A stretch of 51,130 nucleotides of DNA, from assembly GCA_964372915.1 (NCBI GenBank), contig CAYJRN010000003.1, positions 103,660-154,789 on the forward strand. Reading direction: 5' to 3'. Below are positions 18,119-27,959 of this stretch, one piece after another. The stretch's first letter is position 1; the number at the start of each line of letters is the position of its first letter. A program made the translations under genes and the position numbers. This DNA is from an uncultured Planctomycetales bacterium. Its GTDB lineage: Bacteria; Omnitrophota; Gorgyraeia; Zapsychrales; JAHFFX01. The notes beneath the pieces are model-generated. The model made no database searches and was not told where the DNA came from. It saw nothing but the letters and a program-made list of their open reading frames with translations.

Positions 18119-18898
18119 ATGGCTATGATGAGGACATCTAATCCGGCACTTAATGATCAGGCGTTTTCATCGGCGCGCTCCTACGCGTCAGGAGAATCGA
18201 TGACCATTCAGGGCACGGTGAACAAGACGTTTGTGCTTTTGGGATTGCTTTTGCTCACGGCTTCCTGGATTTGGAATAAGGTGCTGCAGGCGCCAACGGT
18301 GTTTGATCAAGCCTCGCAACCGGCCGTCGCGGCGGTGGGCGGTTATGTGATGGTCGGGCTTATCGCCGGGCTCGTGTTCGGTTTTGTTACCATCTTTAAA
18401 AAAGAGTGGTCGGCGGTAACGGCGCCTCTTTACGCGCTTGCAGAAGGGCTCGTTCTGGGCGGTATTTCCGCTTTGATGGAAAGAGAGTTTGCGGGGATTG
18501 TGATCCAGGCGGTGGCCTTGACCTGCGGAACGCTTCTATGTCTTTTACTCGCCTATCAATCGCGGTTGATTCAGGCCACGGAGAATTTTAAGCTGGGGGT
18601 TGTCGCGGCGACCGGCGGCATTGCCGTGATTTATCTGGTGACGTGGCTCTTGAGTTTTTTTAACGTTCATGTTCCTTATATCCACGACAGTGGTCCATTG
18701 GGAATTGGTTTTAGCGTTGTTGTCGTTGTGATTGCGGCGCTCAATCTGGTTTTGGATTTTGATTTTATTGAAAAAGGTAGCCAGCAAGGAACGCCCAAAT
18801 ACATGGAATGGTACGGCGCCTTTGGCTTGATGGTGACTTTAGTCTGGTTGTATCTGGAAATCCTCAGGCTTTTGGTAAAGATGAGGGAGAGAAAATAG
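18119..18898 (+). CDS. Bax inhibitor-1/YccA family membrane protein
   Basis: RTSNP, MTIQGTVNKT, LDFDFIE, EWYGAFGLMVTLVWLYLEILRLL. Confidence 0.92.
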   Translation: MAMMRTSNPALNDQAFSSARSYASGESMTIQGTVNKTFVLLGLLLLTASWIWNKVLQAPTVFDQASQPAVAAVGGYVMVGLIAGLVFGFVTIFKKEWSAVTAPLYALAEGLVLGGISALMEREFAGIVIQAVALTCGTLLCLLLAYQSRLIQATENFKLGVVAATGGIAVIYLVTWLLSFFNVHVPYIHDSGPLGIGFSVVVVVIAALNLVLDFDFIEKGSQQGTPKYMEWYGAFGLMVTLVWLYLEILRLLVKMRERK

Positions 18899-18962
18899 AA
18901 TTTTATTTTTTGAGTTCGATGTGTTCGAACACTTCGTAGATAAGGTCTTGCTAAGAATAATT

Positions 18963-19190
18963 TTATTTTTTGCTTTTGGTCTGGGAGTGTTCACAGATCA
19001 CCTTGTAAATGGTCAATAACAATTTGGCATCCTTAAAGTTTTTTTACTTAGAAGCCTTTTTAGTTCCTTTGAGGCTCCTTCAGCATCTTCCGGCCTGTTT
19101 GTCATTGGCTGAAAAAACTCGCTAAGCCGTACTTCCAGCGCCTCCGCAATTTTGTTCAGTGTATCTAAAGTCGGATTCTTTTTCCTGCCA
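18963..19190 (-). pseudogene. Truncated and frameshifted XRE-family regulator
   Basis: KKNPTLDTLNKIAEALEVRLSEFF is the C-half of a Cro/CI HTH; one extra A in the A7 run would continue KNFKDAKLLLTIYKVICEHSQTKSKK*. Confidence 0.65.
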
Positions 19191-19310
19191 TCTGGTAAGG
19201 ATTTTTTATCGAAAACCTCCTTGCCAGACATGATAACTATCAATCCCAATCAACACCACAAACTATTAGAGTGTATTTTCATAATAAATAATAACCGTTG
19301 GTTATTATTT

Positions 19311-21983
19311 ATGTTAAAATTTTTAACTAATGGTTGGGAAAATTTCGATATGGTAAGCGGTAATATCAAAAAATGCGTGCTAGAGGTTTTTAATAAAACT
19401 TTTTTAAAACCTTTGGGCATCTTTTTGATAGTAGTATTTGTTTTATGGAAAGCTACCTATTGGAGAATCAGTCATACATACCTTGAGGACGATCTGGTCT
19501 GGTTTTTTCCCGTCATTGATCACTTTTTAAATGAAAGAAATTCTTGGCTGATTTTGTTGAAGTCGTTTCATCTGCCTGAACTGACGTTATTTGATGCTTT
19601 ATATTTCGCATTTCTAAAATTAATCTTCGGATATAATTTCTTTCTTTATCCCCTTCCTGCATGCTTGCTTCATTTAGCCAACGGCGTCATTATTTATCAA
19701 ATCCTATCGCGGGCTCTTAACTGTTCATTATTTACCTCCAGTATTGCCGGCTTAATTTACTTGACCTTCTATGGACATTATCATGCTTATTTATGGCCGA
19801 TGGCCACACACCATATCCTCGGTGTATTCTGGATACTATTATTCATTTATAAATATCTTCAAACGCTCAATAAGGAGGGTAGTGCAACACAGGACTTAGG
19901 AGGAAAATTGGGCTTGAATTTAAGATTATACGGCTTGGCCTTTCTGGCATCATTCATGAGGTTGTCCGTATTGATTGTCCCACTAATTATTGGAATACAT
20001 ACAGTTTTCACTAGTAGCTCAAGGAAGGATTTTTATTTTAAAATTAAACGTTGGCTCCCATTTTTTCTACTTATTTCATGGTATCAAATTTTAATTTTGA
20101 TTACTGGGAATCGAGCCGATGTCCTAAGTGCCTTTTTGAACATGGAAAATTTAATTGCATTGAGCGGTTTAATCTTTGTGTTGTGGTCTATGGTTAGAAG
20201 AAATTTACAGAGAATATACTATTTCTGGTTAATCATTCCGTTTGCGTTCATTTTATGTCTGTATCTCTGGCTTTTCCCGCAAGACACATTGACCCCTTCC
20301 AATATAGCTTTGCGATGGCAGGTTATGCCTCTACCTTCAGGAGCCACAATGTGGATTTTGACTACCCTATCAATGGTGATCATGTATACATTTACCCGCC
20401 ATGTTATCTATCGTAATAAAAAATTTGGCGTTTTTATTATTTGGTATATGTTGATATTTCCTTATCTTCTTTCCCGCCTTAACGAAATGCCCTCCCGGTA
20501 TCTGGTCTATCTTTCTCCGATTTTTGCCGTTGTGTTGGCTGTATTTTTAGGCGAGATTATCTCCAATCGCCTTGAAGGATTCTACAAAAGTATTTTTCGG
20601 TTTGTCGTTGGCTGTTCATTGGCTTGTTTTGCTGTAATCAATGTTCAAGCTATACATGAACGAAGCATAAGAAGTTTTGCGGCCGATTATCACTGGAAGT
20701 ATGATGATATTATGATTGCACAGTATATTAAACACGATCTGGCAATCAAGGGAGATTCAATCAATAAAAGTATTTTATGCCTTCAAGGCGTCAGTCGGAT
20801 GTCGTATTTGGAAAACTGGGCACAGAAATTCTTGAAGGATCAAGAAATGGACGGCTATGAAAGCTTAAGAATAACGTTGGGGTCATTACTAGAGATTCCA
20901 AAAGAAAGAATCAGAATTAACGAGACATGTGAGTCCGGGCAAATAACTTATGATTTCAAAAATGATGACGCCCTTTCTAATTTTAGATGGCCTGCCAATC
21001 TAAAAAAAGAAGATGCTTGGGAAATATATGGGAATAGCTTTGATGGTGATAGTGAGTCGCTGCGGATTGATAATATACTCCACCGCCAAGTTAATCTTAT
21101 TGACCAAGGAAAAACATACTGGTCATTAAAACAAGGGCGTCGGGTTGAAAGGTATGGGGGTTTTGATATTTATGATTTCAAAAAATGGTATTTTGCTATC
21201 CCGCAAGATGAGTCATTCAATTTAGCCAGATTTAAAATGGGAGATTATCAACAAACCTACTTTGCCAACACCAAATATGAAATCCGACAATGGATTGATT
21301 CAAAATTTCCGTATGATCATCATGCTTCAAAAGCGGCACAAGGGGAGCCACGTTATATTCCTCAGGGAGAACACATTTTCAAAATAAAGTTTCTCGGAAT
21401 ACAATTAGGGTATTTGTATCTAAGGAATGAGGGGATATTTCTACGAGATGGCCAGAAGCTTTGCCGGATTTCGATCGAATTAAAGCCTTGGATATGGCTT
21501 CAAAGAATCTCGGGGAATCGGATAGGGTTTAAATTGACATCATTGGTAACTGCAAATGATTTATTTCCCGTTGAGTTCGAGCAAACTGACTTAATGAAGC
21601 TAAAAAAGGGCAAGCTGGGACGAAAAATAATCTACCACCGTGATGATTTATTTATGGAAAGGAGAGGGTATAAAGAAGACATTGATTTTGATACAAGAGA
21701 CCCTGTCGCAACAATTTTTTGGACTCTCTCTAATGATTATACGAATCAAACAACTTATAGAACAACCATAAACATTGAGAGGAATCTTTTTGCCTTAGAG
21801 GTCATTCCAGTTTTTGTTGAGAACAATAAGACCTTACTCAAGCTAAAAGTTAAATCACTCGACAAGAAGGGCAGAAATCATAACTGGTCCATGATTTTAA
21901 ATCGCGGGGAAGAAGATCAGGTACCTAAAAGCATAATATTAAAGGTTGGATTGGCCAATTTTTCTATCACCTCATTTCATTAA
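19311..21983 (+). CDS. Large AT-rich membrane protein: GT-C-like N-terminus, DUF3108-like C-terminus
   Basis: About 12 TMs with an EDD loop; C-terminal GEHIFKIKFLGIQLGYLYL...DPVATIF; start uncertain (19152/19311/19350). Confidence 0.55.
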   Translation: MLKFLTNGWENFDMVSGNIKKCVLEVFNKTFLKPLGIFLIVVFVLWKATYWRISHTYLEDDLVWFFPVIDHFLNERNSWLILLKSFHLPELTLFDALYFAFLKLIFGYNFFLYPLPACLLHLANGVIIYQILSRALNCSLFTSSIAGLIYLTFYGHYHAYLWPMATHHILGVFWILLFIYKYLQTLNKEGSATQDLGGKLGLNLRLYGLAFLASFMRLSVLIVPLIIGIHTVFTSSSRKDFYFKIKRWLPFFLLISWYQILILITGNRADVLSAFLNMENLIALSGLIFVLWSMVRRNLQRIYYFWLIIPFAFILCLYLWLFPQDTLTPSNIALRWQVMPLPSGATMWILTTLSMVIMYTFTRHVIYRNKKFGVFIIWYMLIFPYLLSRLNEMPSRYLVYLSPIFAVVLAVFLGEIISNRLEGFYKSIFRFVVGCSLACFAVINVQAIHERSIRSFAADYHWKYDDIMIAQYIKHDLAIKGDSINKSILCLQGVSRMSYLENWAQKFLKDQEMDGYESLRITLGSLLEIPKERIRINETCESGQITYDFKNDDALSNFRWPANLKKEDAWEIYGNSFDGDSESLRIDNILHRQVNLIDQGKTYWSLKQGRRVERYGGFDIYDFKKWYFAIPQDESFNLARFKMGDYQQTYFANTKYEIRQWIDSKFPYDHHASKAAQGEPRYIPQGEHIFKIKFLGIQLGYLYLRNEGIFLRDGQKLCRISIELKPWIWLQRISGNRIGFKLTSLVTANDLFPVEFEQTDLMKLKKGKLGRKIIYHRDDLFMERRGYKEDIDFDTRDPVATIFWTLSNDYTNQTTYRTTINIERNLFALEVIPVFVENNKTLLKLKVKSLDKKGRNHNWSMILNRGEEDQVPKSIILKVGLANFSITSFH

Positions 21984-21991
21984 AACCTTCC

Positions 21992-22126
21992 AAGAAAATT
22001 GAAGAAAGATGGCTTGATATAGCCAATACCGAAAAGAAGAATGTTTATTTCTACGTTGGCAATTTGAAACGGTTCCGGCAGATATGTATAGTGCTGGGTG
22101 TATTTTATCCGCCTAAGAACACCTAA
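21992..22126 (+). pseudogene. 3' remnant of a hypothetical gene
   Basis: Startless frame ...ERWLDIANTEKKNVYFYVGNLKRFRQICIVLGVFYPPK; 10-nt tandem duplication CCTAAGAACA at its end. Confidence 0.4.
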
Positions 22127-22188
22127 GAACAAATGAGTTGCCGATGCGTTTAAAACGGTAGCATGGCCCTAACTTTAAAGATTCTGTA

Positions 22189-22767
22189 TTATACGGCTGG
22201 CTCGGCTTTTTTAAGATCAATACAATCCAGCGCTTCGTAGATCGGGCCTTGCGGGGTCAGGGTACTCTTGAAAAGAGAAACCTTCGTAACTTCCTGAATC
22301 AAGGGCTGTGTTAAGTTAAAAGCCTTGATCGCTTTTATGAGCGCGAATTTTTGAGTTGAAGTTTTCAGTCTGCCTAACGTGATGTGGGGTGCAAAATCCT
22401 GATCGTCTTTTTTAAATCCTGCCTGTTCCAAATTCTGTTCCAGTCGTTTTGTCATGCCTGAAAGATTTTTCTCTTGAGCGTCAATGGCTGCCCAAATGAT
22501 GCGCGGGTTTTCCACTTTAGGAAACGCCCCCAGATGCGTCATCTCAAATGAAAATGCTTGAAAGCCCAAGAGTGTTTCTTTGAGAACGATTTTTACAATC
22601 TCCGCTTTTTCCGGCGAAATTTCTCCCAAAAATTTCAGCGTCACGTGGATATTCTCCGGCTTGACCCATGTAACATCCGCCGCGGATTTTTTGAGATGAT
22701 CTTGGATGGATTTGAGCTCTTTTTGAATGGCGGGATCTAATTCAACGGCAATGAACGTGCGCAGCAT
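22189..22767 (-). CDS. thpR: RNA 2',3'-cyclic phosphodiesterase (2H phosphoesterase)
   Basis: RTFIAV, two HxT motifs (HVTLKFLG, PHITLGR), SxLTPQGPIY. Confidence 0.95.
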   Translation of the reverse strand: MLRTFIAVELDPAIQKELKSIQDHLKKSAADVTWVKPENIHVTLKFLGEISPEKAEIVKIVLKETLLGFQAFSFEMTHLGAFPKVENPRIIWAAIDAQEKNLSGMTKRLEQNLEQAGFKKDDQDFAPHITLGRLKTSTQKFALIKAIKAFNLTQPLIQEVTKVSLFKSTLTPQGPIYEALDCIDLKKAEPAV

Positions 22768-22770
22768 GAT

Positions 22771-23232
22771 TCAGAATTCAAGAAGGATTTTTAGCGCCTG
22801 GGTCGTGGCTTGGGTTTTGATTGAGGTTCTTGAACCCTTAAAAAGGAATTTTCGACAAAGGGTTTTCTTTTTGTCCGCAACACAAACGAAGGTTAAGCCG
22901 ATAGGTTTAGTCTTAGTTCCTCCGGTAGGACCGGCGATTCCGGTAATGCTCACCCCAAAGTCTGTTTTGAAAAGCTTCCGGACGCTTTGGGCCATGTGTT
23001 CGGCCACCGGCAAACTTACCGCCCCATGTTTTTTGATAAGCAGAGGAGGAACTTTCAGTAGGCTTGTCTTGACGCTATTGCTGTAGGCAATGACTGCGCC
23101 TTTAAAAAACTTAGAGCTACCGGGAATGTTGGTGAGCCGGTCGCTTAGAAGGCCGCCGCTACAGGATTCTGCCAAGCTCAACGATTTTCTCCGTCGGGTG
23201 AGCAAGCGGGCTATTGTTTCTTCCAAATACAT
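22771..23232 (-). CDS. cinA: CinA C-terminal domain / nicotinamide-mononucleotide deamidase
   Basis: AESCSGGL, PGSS, YSN..K, GAVS, ITGIAGPTGGT..KPIG. Confidence 0.9.
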   Translation of the reverse strand: MYLEETIARLLTRRRKSLSLAESCSGGLLSDRLTNIPGSSKFFKGAVIAYSNSVKTSLLKVPPLLIKKHGAVSLPVAEHMAQSVRKLFKTDFGVSITGIAGPTGGTKTKPIGLTFVCVADKKKTLCRKFLFKGSRTSIKTQATTQALKILLEF

Positions 23233-23239
23233 GAGATTC

Positions 23240-23290
23240 ATTATAGAAGAGGACAAATCGCTTGACAAGGGCTAATAATTAGAATATATT
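23240..23290. promoter_or_regulatory. Back-to-back sigma70 promoters (cinA leftward, rib operon rightward)
   Basis: Plus strand TTGACA(23262)-17-TATATT; minus strand TTGTCA(23268)-17-TATAAT. Confidence 0.7.
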
Positions 23291-23342
23291 ACCACCGCTT
23301 TCGGGATATCCTTATGAGTTGCTAAGTTATTGTGCCGCAGCG

Positions 23343-23540
23343 GCTCAAGGGATTTGGGTGTAATTCCCAGCTGGTAGTAATCCCCCCGCCGTCAGACAGT
23401 CGGCGGGGAGTTAAGCCTACGAGCACCCCTACGTCTTACCCCGCTGTTTGCTTGTGCAAACAAGTAACGGGGCTGTAGGGGGTTAGCAGATCGGGTGAGA
23501 TTCCTGAGCCAATAGTGATAGTCTAGATGGGAGAAAGCAA
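23343..23540 (+). ncRNA. FMN riboswitch (RFN element) with expanded variable stems
   Basis: GGGTGTAATTCCC..TGGTAGT...AGCCTACGAG...AGCAGATCGGGTGAGATTCCTGAGCC.A.AGT.ATAGTCTAGATGGGAGAA upstream of ribBA. Confidence 0.92.
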
Positions 23541-23565
23541 ACAAAAGGGGAGAGGTCTATCCCAT

Positions 23566-23599
23566 AATCCCGAATAGTCTTAATGTTCGGGATTTTTTT
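23566..23599 (+). terminator. Riboswitch expression-platform terminator
   Basis: AATCCCGAA...TTCGGGATT followed by a T run. Confidence 0.75.
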
Positions 23600-23766
23600 G
23601 TCCGCCTTCGCTGAATTGCTTTCGCGTTCAGTCCGCCTTCGCCAAGGCTTCGGCGGGATTCCTCCGAAGCTTTAGCGAAGGAGAACTTCGGCGGATGTCG
23701 CCCAATAGATTTTTGGCGGATAACCCTGCGAAGCTCCAACATGAAAATATTGAAGCGAAGCAGGGG
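23600..23766. repeat. Nested TCCGCCTTCGC / GCGAAGG-type palindromic cluster
   Basis: TCCGCCTTCGC twice, CCTCCGAAGCTTTAGCGAAGGAG, CCCTGCGAAGC...GCGAAGCAGGG. Confidence 0.75.
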
Positions 23767-23812
23767 ATAATTTAGAGGCTCCATTTTTAAGAAATTTACA
23801 AAAGGCAGGCAT

Positions 23813-25012
23813 ATGCTTAACACCATTCCAGAAATTATCCAAGATCTCAAAAACGGCAAGATGGTCATCGTCATTGATGATGAAGGCCGGGAAAACGAGG
23901 GCGATCTTCTCATCGCCGCTCAATTCGTGAGGCCCGAGGACATCAATTTTATGGCCAAAGAGGCCCGAGGCCTCATCTGCGTTCCCATGGAAGAAGAGAG
24001 GCTCAATGAATTGAATCTGTATCCCATGAAGGATGAGCTCAATCAGAAGCACCAGAAATGCAACACGGGTTGGGCCATCTCGGTGGATGCCGTCCAAGGA
24101 GTGACAACGGGAATTTCCGCCTTTGACCGTGCGCAGACGGTCAAGGTTTTAATTGATCCCGCTTCTAAGCCTGCGGATCTTGTCACCCCCGGACACCTTT
24201 TCCCTTTAAGAGCCAAGAAAGGCGGTGTCTTGGTGCGCGCGGGTCACACGGAAGCTTCCGTTGATCTCATGGACTTAGCCGGTCTTTATCCGGCTGGGGT
24301 CATTTGCGAGATCATGAATCTCGACGGAACTATGGCCAGAACTCAAGATCTTATTGAATGCTCCAAGAAGCATAATCTTAAAATTTGCACGATTGACAGT
24401 CTCATTGAATACCGCCGCAAGAACGAGAAATTGGTTGAGCGTTGCGTGGAAACGGTGCTGCCGACCGATCACGGCGAATTCAAGATGATCGGTTATGAAT
24501 CAAAAGTGGACGGCGTGTGCCATGTGGCGCTGGTCTTAGGAAAAGTCGACGGAACGATTCCGGAACTCGTGCGCGTGCAGTCCGAATGTTTGACCGGAGA
24601 TGTCTTTGGTTCCAAGCGCTGCGATTGTAACGCCCAGCTGCACGCCGCGCTTAAAGCCATCCAGGAAAACGGTTCGGGAATTCTGCTGTATATGCGTCAA
24701 GAGGGAAGAGGCATCGGTCTTGCCAATAAAATGAAGGCGTATAACCTGCAGGATAAAGGCATGGATACCGTCGAGGCTAATGAGGCGTTGGGATTCGCGG
24801 CGGATCTGCGGGATTATGGGATTGGCGCGCAGATTCTCGTGGATCTGGGTGTCAAGCAGCTTCGACTGCTTACCAACAATCCGCGCAAAATCGTTGGCTT
24901 GGAAGGTTACGGTCTTTCGGTGGCCGAGCGGGTGGCGCTGAAAATTCCAAGTCATGCGATTAACGAGAATTATTTAAAGGCGAAGAAGGATAAACTCGGG
25001 CATTTGTTATAA
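23813..25012 (+). CDS. ribBA: Bifunctional DHBP synthase / GTP cyclohydrolase II
   Basis: [41 protein letters not shown]. Confidence 0.97.
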   Translation: MLNTIPEIIQDLKNGKMVIVIDDEGRENEGDLLIAAQFVRPEDINFMAKEARGLICVPMEEERLNELNLYPMKDELNQKHQKCNTGWAISVDAVQGVTTGISAFDRAQTVKVLIDPASKPADLVTPGHLFPLRAKKGGVLVRAGHTEASVDLMDLAGLYPAGVICEIMNLDGTMARTQDLIECSKKHNLKICTIDSLIEYRRKNEKLVERCVETVLPTDHGEFKMIGYESKVDGVCHVALVLGKVDGTIPELVRVQSECLTGDVFGSKRCDCNAQLHAALKAIQENGSGILLYMRQEGRGIGLANKMKAYNLQDKGMDTVEANEALGFAADLRDYGIGAQILVDLGVKQLRLLTNNPRKIVGLEGYGLSVAERVALKIPSHAINENYLKAKKDKLGHLL

Positions 25013-25027
25013 TCACCGTGCGCTTTT

Positions 25028-25546
25028 ATGCTTAAAATTTTAGAGGGAAAAATTAACCCTTCGACTAAGCTCAGGATGGCCTCAAGCAAGCAAAGCGCGT
25101 CGAAGGCCAACGTCAAAGGCAAGAAAATTGGGATTGTCGCGTCCCGTTTCAATGAATTTGTCACCAAGCGACTTCTGGACGGAGCTTTAAGCGAATTTCG
25201 CCGTTTAGGCGTTAAAGACAGTCAGCTGGTCATTGCTTGGGTTCCGGGATCATTTGAAATTCCTTTGGCGGCCGAACGACTTGCCAAGAGAAAAGATATC
25301 GATGCCGTGATTGGTTTAGGAGCTGTCATCCGAGGGGAAACGCTGCATTTTGATTTAGTGGCGCAGGCGGCGGCGCGGGGAATCGCCCAGGTAGGCCTTA
25401 AGACCAATAAGCCCGTCATCTTTGGAGTTCTTACCACCGATACGGTTCATCAGGCGATGAAACGCTCTCACCCTAAAGGCGACAACAAGGGGCGGGAAGC
25501 CGCGGCCAATGCCATTGAAATGATTGACCTCTTGCAGCAACTTTAA
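25028..25546 (+). CDS. ribH: Lumazine synthase with an 18-aa N-terminal insertion
   Basis: [43 protein letters not shown]. Confidence 0.96.
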   Translation: MLKILEGKINPSTKLRMASSKQSASKANVKGKKIGIVASRFNEFVTKRLLDGALSEFRRLGVKDSQLVIAWVPGSFEIPLAAERLAKRKDIDAVIGLGAVIRGETLHFDLVAQAAARGIAQVGLKTNKPVIFGVLTTDTVHQAMKRSHPKGDNKGREAAANAIEMIDLLQQL

Positions 25547-25560
25547 ATACACCGCTCTTT

Positions 25561-25995
25561 ATGCGCAAAAGAACATTGGCCAGGGACTGGGCCCTTAAAA
25601 TCCTTTATCAGTCGGACATGATCGGAAAAAATCGCACGATAGAACATACCATCGAACAATTCTACGAGAACGAGGAGACGAAGGATAAAGAAATCCAGGA
25701 GTTCTGTCAGCGTCTTGTTCTTGGTGTCCACGCCGTCCTGACGACCATTGATGAGACCATCTCCAAGTACGCTACCAACTGGCAGATCAAACGCATGGCG
25801 GTTATCGATAAAAACATCCTGCGTCTGGGTGTTTATGAACTCAAGTTCATCTCCGACATCCCTCCGAAGGTCACCATCAACGAAGCCGTTGAGCTTGCCA
25901 AGAAATATGGCGATCTTGAATCCAGCAAGTTTGTCAACGGCATCTTGGACAAAATTTTTAAGACCGAAGTTATTCCCGAGGGAAAACAATTGTGA
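25561..25995 (+). CDS. nusB: Transcription antitermination factor NusB
   Basis: R...[30 protein letters not shown]. Confidence 0.97.
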   Translation: MRKRTLARDWALKILYQSDMIGKNRTIEHTIEQFYENEETKDKEIQEFCQRLVLGVHAVLTTIDETISKYATNWQIKRMAVIDKNILRLGVYELKFISDIPPKVTINEAVELAKKYGDLESSKFVNGILDKIFKTEVIPEGKQL

Positions 25996-26852
25996 CAGGA
26001 TTTGCGGATCTCCATATCCACACGTTTTACTCCGACAGCAGTTCATCCCCGGAAGAAGTCGTTCAGGAAGCCCTTAAAAATCAACTCTGTGCCATTGCCA
26101 TTACCGATCACGATACGATCGACGGTGTTGTCCCTACCCAAAAAGCGGCCCGCCCCGTACAGAGCCCAGAGGGCTTATACGGGGCCCGTGAGCACGAGCT
26201 TGAGGTTATTCCTGGGATTGAATTGTCCTCCGAGGTCCAGGGCAAAGACATTCACATTTTAGGGTATTTCATTGACCTTGAAGATGAAGTTTTAAAAGCG
26301 GAGTTGGATAAGATTCAGAATGTCCGAGGGGAAAGAATTCGTGAGATGATTGAGCGGCTTAAGAAACAGGGAATTCATAATATTACTCCCGAGGAAGTGT
26401 CCGAGCGCGCGCATTCAAAATCCGTCGGCAGGCCCCATTTGGCCGCGGTCCTGCAGGAAAAAGGCTGGGTGACAACGCTGCGCGAAGCCTTCGATCGTTA
26501 TCTCGGGGAAGAATGCCCCGCCTACGTTCCCAAATTCCCAATGTCGCCGTATCAAGCGATCGCTTTTATTCGAAAATTCAAAGGAGTTGCGGTGATGGCG
26601 CATCCGATGATCACTCAGAGGGATGAATTGATTCCCGGTTTCATCGAAGCAGGATTGCAGGGCATCGAGGTGTATTATCCCAATTATTCGAACAATTCCA
26701 TCGAGTTTTATGAAGGCATCGCGCGCAAGCACAATTTGGTTTGCACCGGCGGCTCTGACGCGCACGGTAAAAACCGGCCCACAACTTACGTCGGAAAAAA
26801 GAAAGTTCCTATCGAAGTGGTGGAACGCCTGAAGGAATTAAGGGGTCAATGA
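25992..26852 (+). CDS. PHP-domain phosphoesterase (TrpH/YciV-like)
   Basis: [35 protein letters not shown]. Confidence 0.92.
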   Translation: MTGFADLHIHTFYSDSSSSPEEVVQEALKNQLCAIAITDHDTIDGVVPTQKAARPVQSPEGLYGAREHELEVIPGIELSSEVQGKDIHILGYFIDLEDEVLKAELDKIQNVRGERIREMIERLKKQGIHNITPEEVSERAHSKSVGRPHLAAVLQEKGWVTTLREAFDRYLGEECPAYVPKFPMSPYQAIAFIRKFKGVAVMAHPMITQRDELIPGFIEAGLQGIEVYYPNYSNNSIEFYEGIARKHNLVCTGGSDAHGKNRPTTYVGKKKVPIEVVERLKELRGQ

Positions 26853-27958
26853 GCAAGAATCAAGACGTTGTTTATATGCAAAGAGCCTTGGATCTGGCTT
26901 TGCGGGCAAAAGGAAATACCTCTCCCAATCCCTTGGTCGGCGCCGTGGTTGTTGGCGGCGGCAAAGTCGTCGCAGAAGGCTGGCATCATTATTGCGGCGG
27001 CGACCACGCCGAGGTCATTGCTTTGAAGAAAGCGGGTGAAAAAGCGAAAGGCGCCACGCTGTACGTGACGCTCGAGCCTTGTTCGCATTTCGGCCGCACG
27101 CCGCCGTGCGTGGACAAAATACTCAGCTGCGGAATCAGGGAAGTTGTCATCGGGATGACCGATCCCAATCCTCTTAATAATGGGAAATCGATTAAAGTTT
27201 TAAGAACGCAGGGTATGAACGTGAGGGTTGGTTTCCTTGTCAAGGAACTTAAGAAAATCAACGAAGGGTTCATCAAGTATATTACGACCCATACGCCTTT
27301 TGTGACCGTTAAGTGCGCGCAAACCTTGGACGGTAAGATCGCCACCGCGGCCGGCCAATCTCAATGGATTACCGCCCCAAAGACCAGGGATTATGCCCAC
27401 AGGTTAAGGAATGATTTCGACGCCGTTCTCGTCGGTATTAATACGGCTCTTAAGGATGACCCACAATTGAATGCCGCGCGAAAAAATAAACGGCTTACAA
27501 AAATTATTGTCGATTCCCATTTGCGATTGCCGTTGGACGCTAAACTTTTTAAAGGAACAAGGCCGGAAGATATTATTGTGGCTACAACCCATAGAGCCTC
27601 TAGAGGTCAAAGGGATCGATGGGCACGCCAAGGCGTTTCGGTTTTGGTCTGTCCGATCAAAGATAACGGCGTTGACCTTAAATATCTTTTCAAGGAGTTG
27701 GGAAAAAGAGAAATTGCCCATCTTTTGATCGAGGGCGGCGGCCGGATGATTGGCTCCGCGCTTAAAGAGGGGCTGGTGGACAAATTGTTGTTGTTCCTCG
27801 CGCCCAAAATACTAGGGGATGAACGGGCGCTTGATTCCGTTGTTGGGTTTCAAGCGAAGCATGTGGGTGAGGCCGTGCGCTTTAAAGATTTGACCATTGG
27901 GCGTATTGGGGAAGACATTCTGATTGAAGCTTATCCGGCTTCTAAGATGGGATCGTGA
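26849..27958 (+). CDS. ribD: Riboflavin biosynthesis deaminase/reductase
   Basis: PNPLVG, HAE, LEPCSHFGRTPPC, TLDGKIA, IEGGG. Confidence 0.97.
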   Translation: MSKNQDVVYMQRALDLALRAKGNTSPNPLVGAVVVGGGKVVAEGWHHYCGGDHAEVIALKKAGEKAKGATLYVTLEPCSHFGRTPPCVDKILSCGIREVVIGMTDPNPLNNGKSIKVLRTQGMNVRVGFLVKELKKINEGFIKYITTHTPFVTVKCAQTLDGKIATAAGQSQWITAPKTRDYAHRLRNDFDAVLVGINTALKDDPQLNAARKNKRLTKIIVDSHLRLPLDAKLFKGTRPEDIIVATTHRASRGQRDRWARQGVSVLVCPIKDNGVDLKYLFKELGKREIAHLLIEGGGRMIGSALKEGLVDKLLLFLAPKILGDERALDSVVGFQAKHVGEAVRFKDLTIGRIGEDILIEAYPASKMGS

Positions 27959-27959
27959 C

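Noticed and set aside
23557..24097. Minus-strand ORFs over the rib leader and ribBA
   Set aside because: Shadow frames over repeats and a well-supported gene; the same applies to most short antisense ORFs in the track
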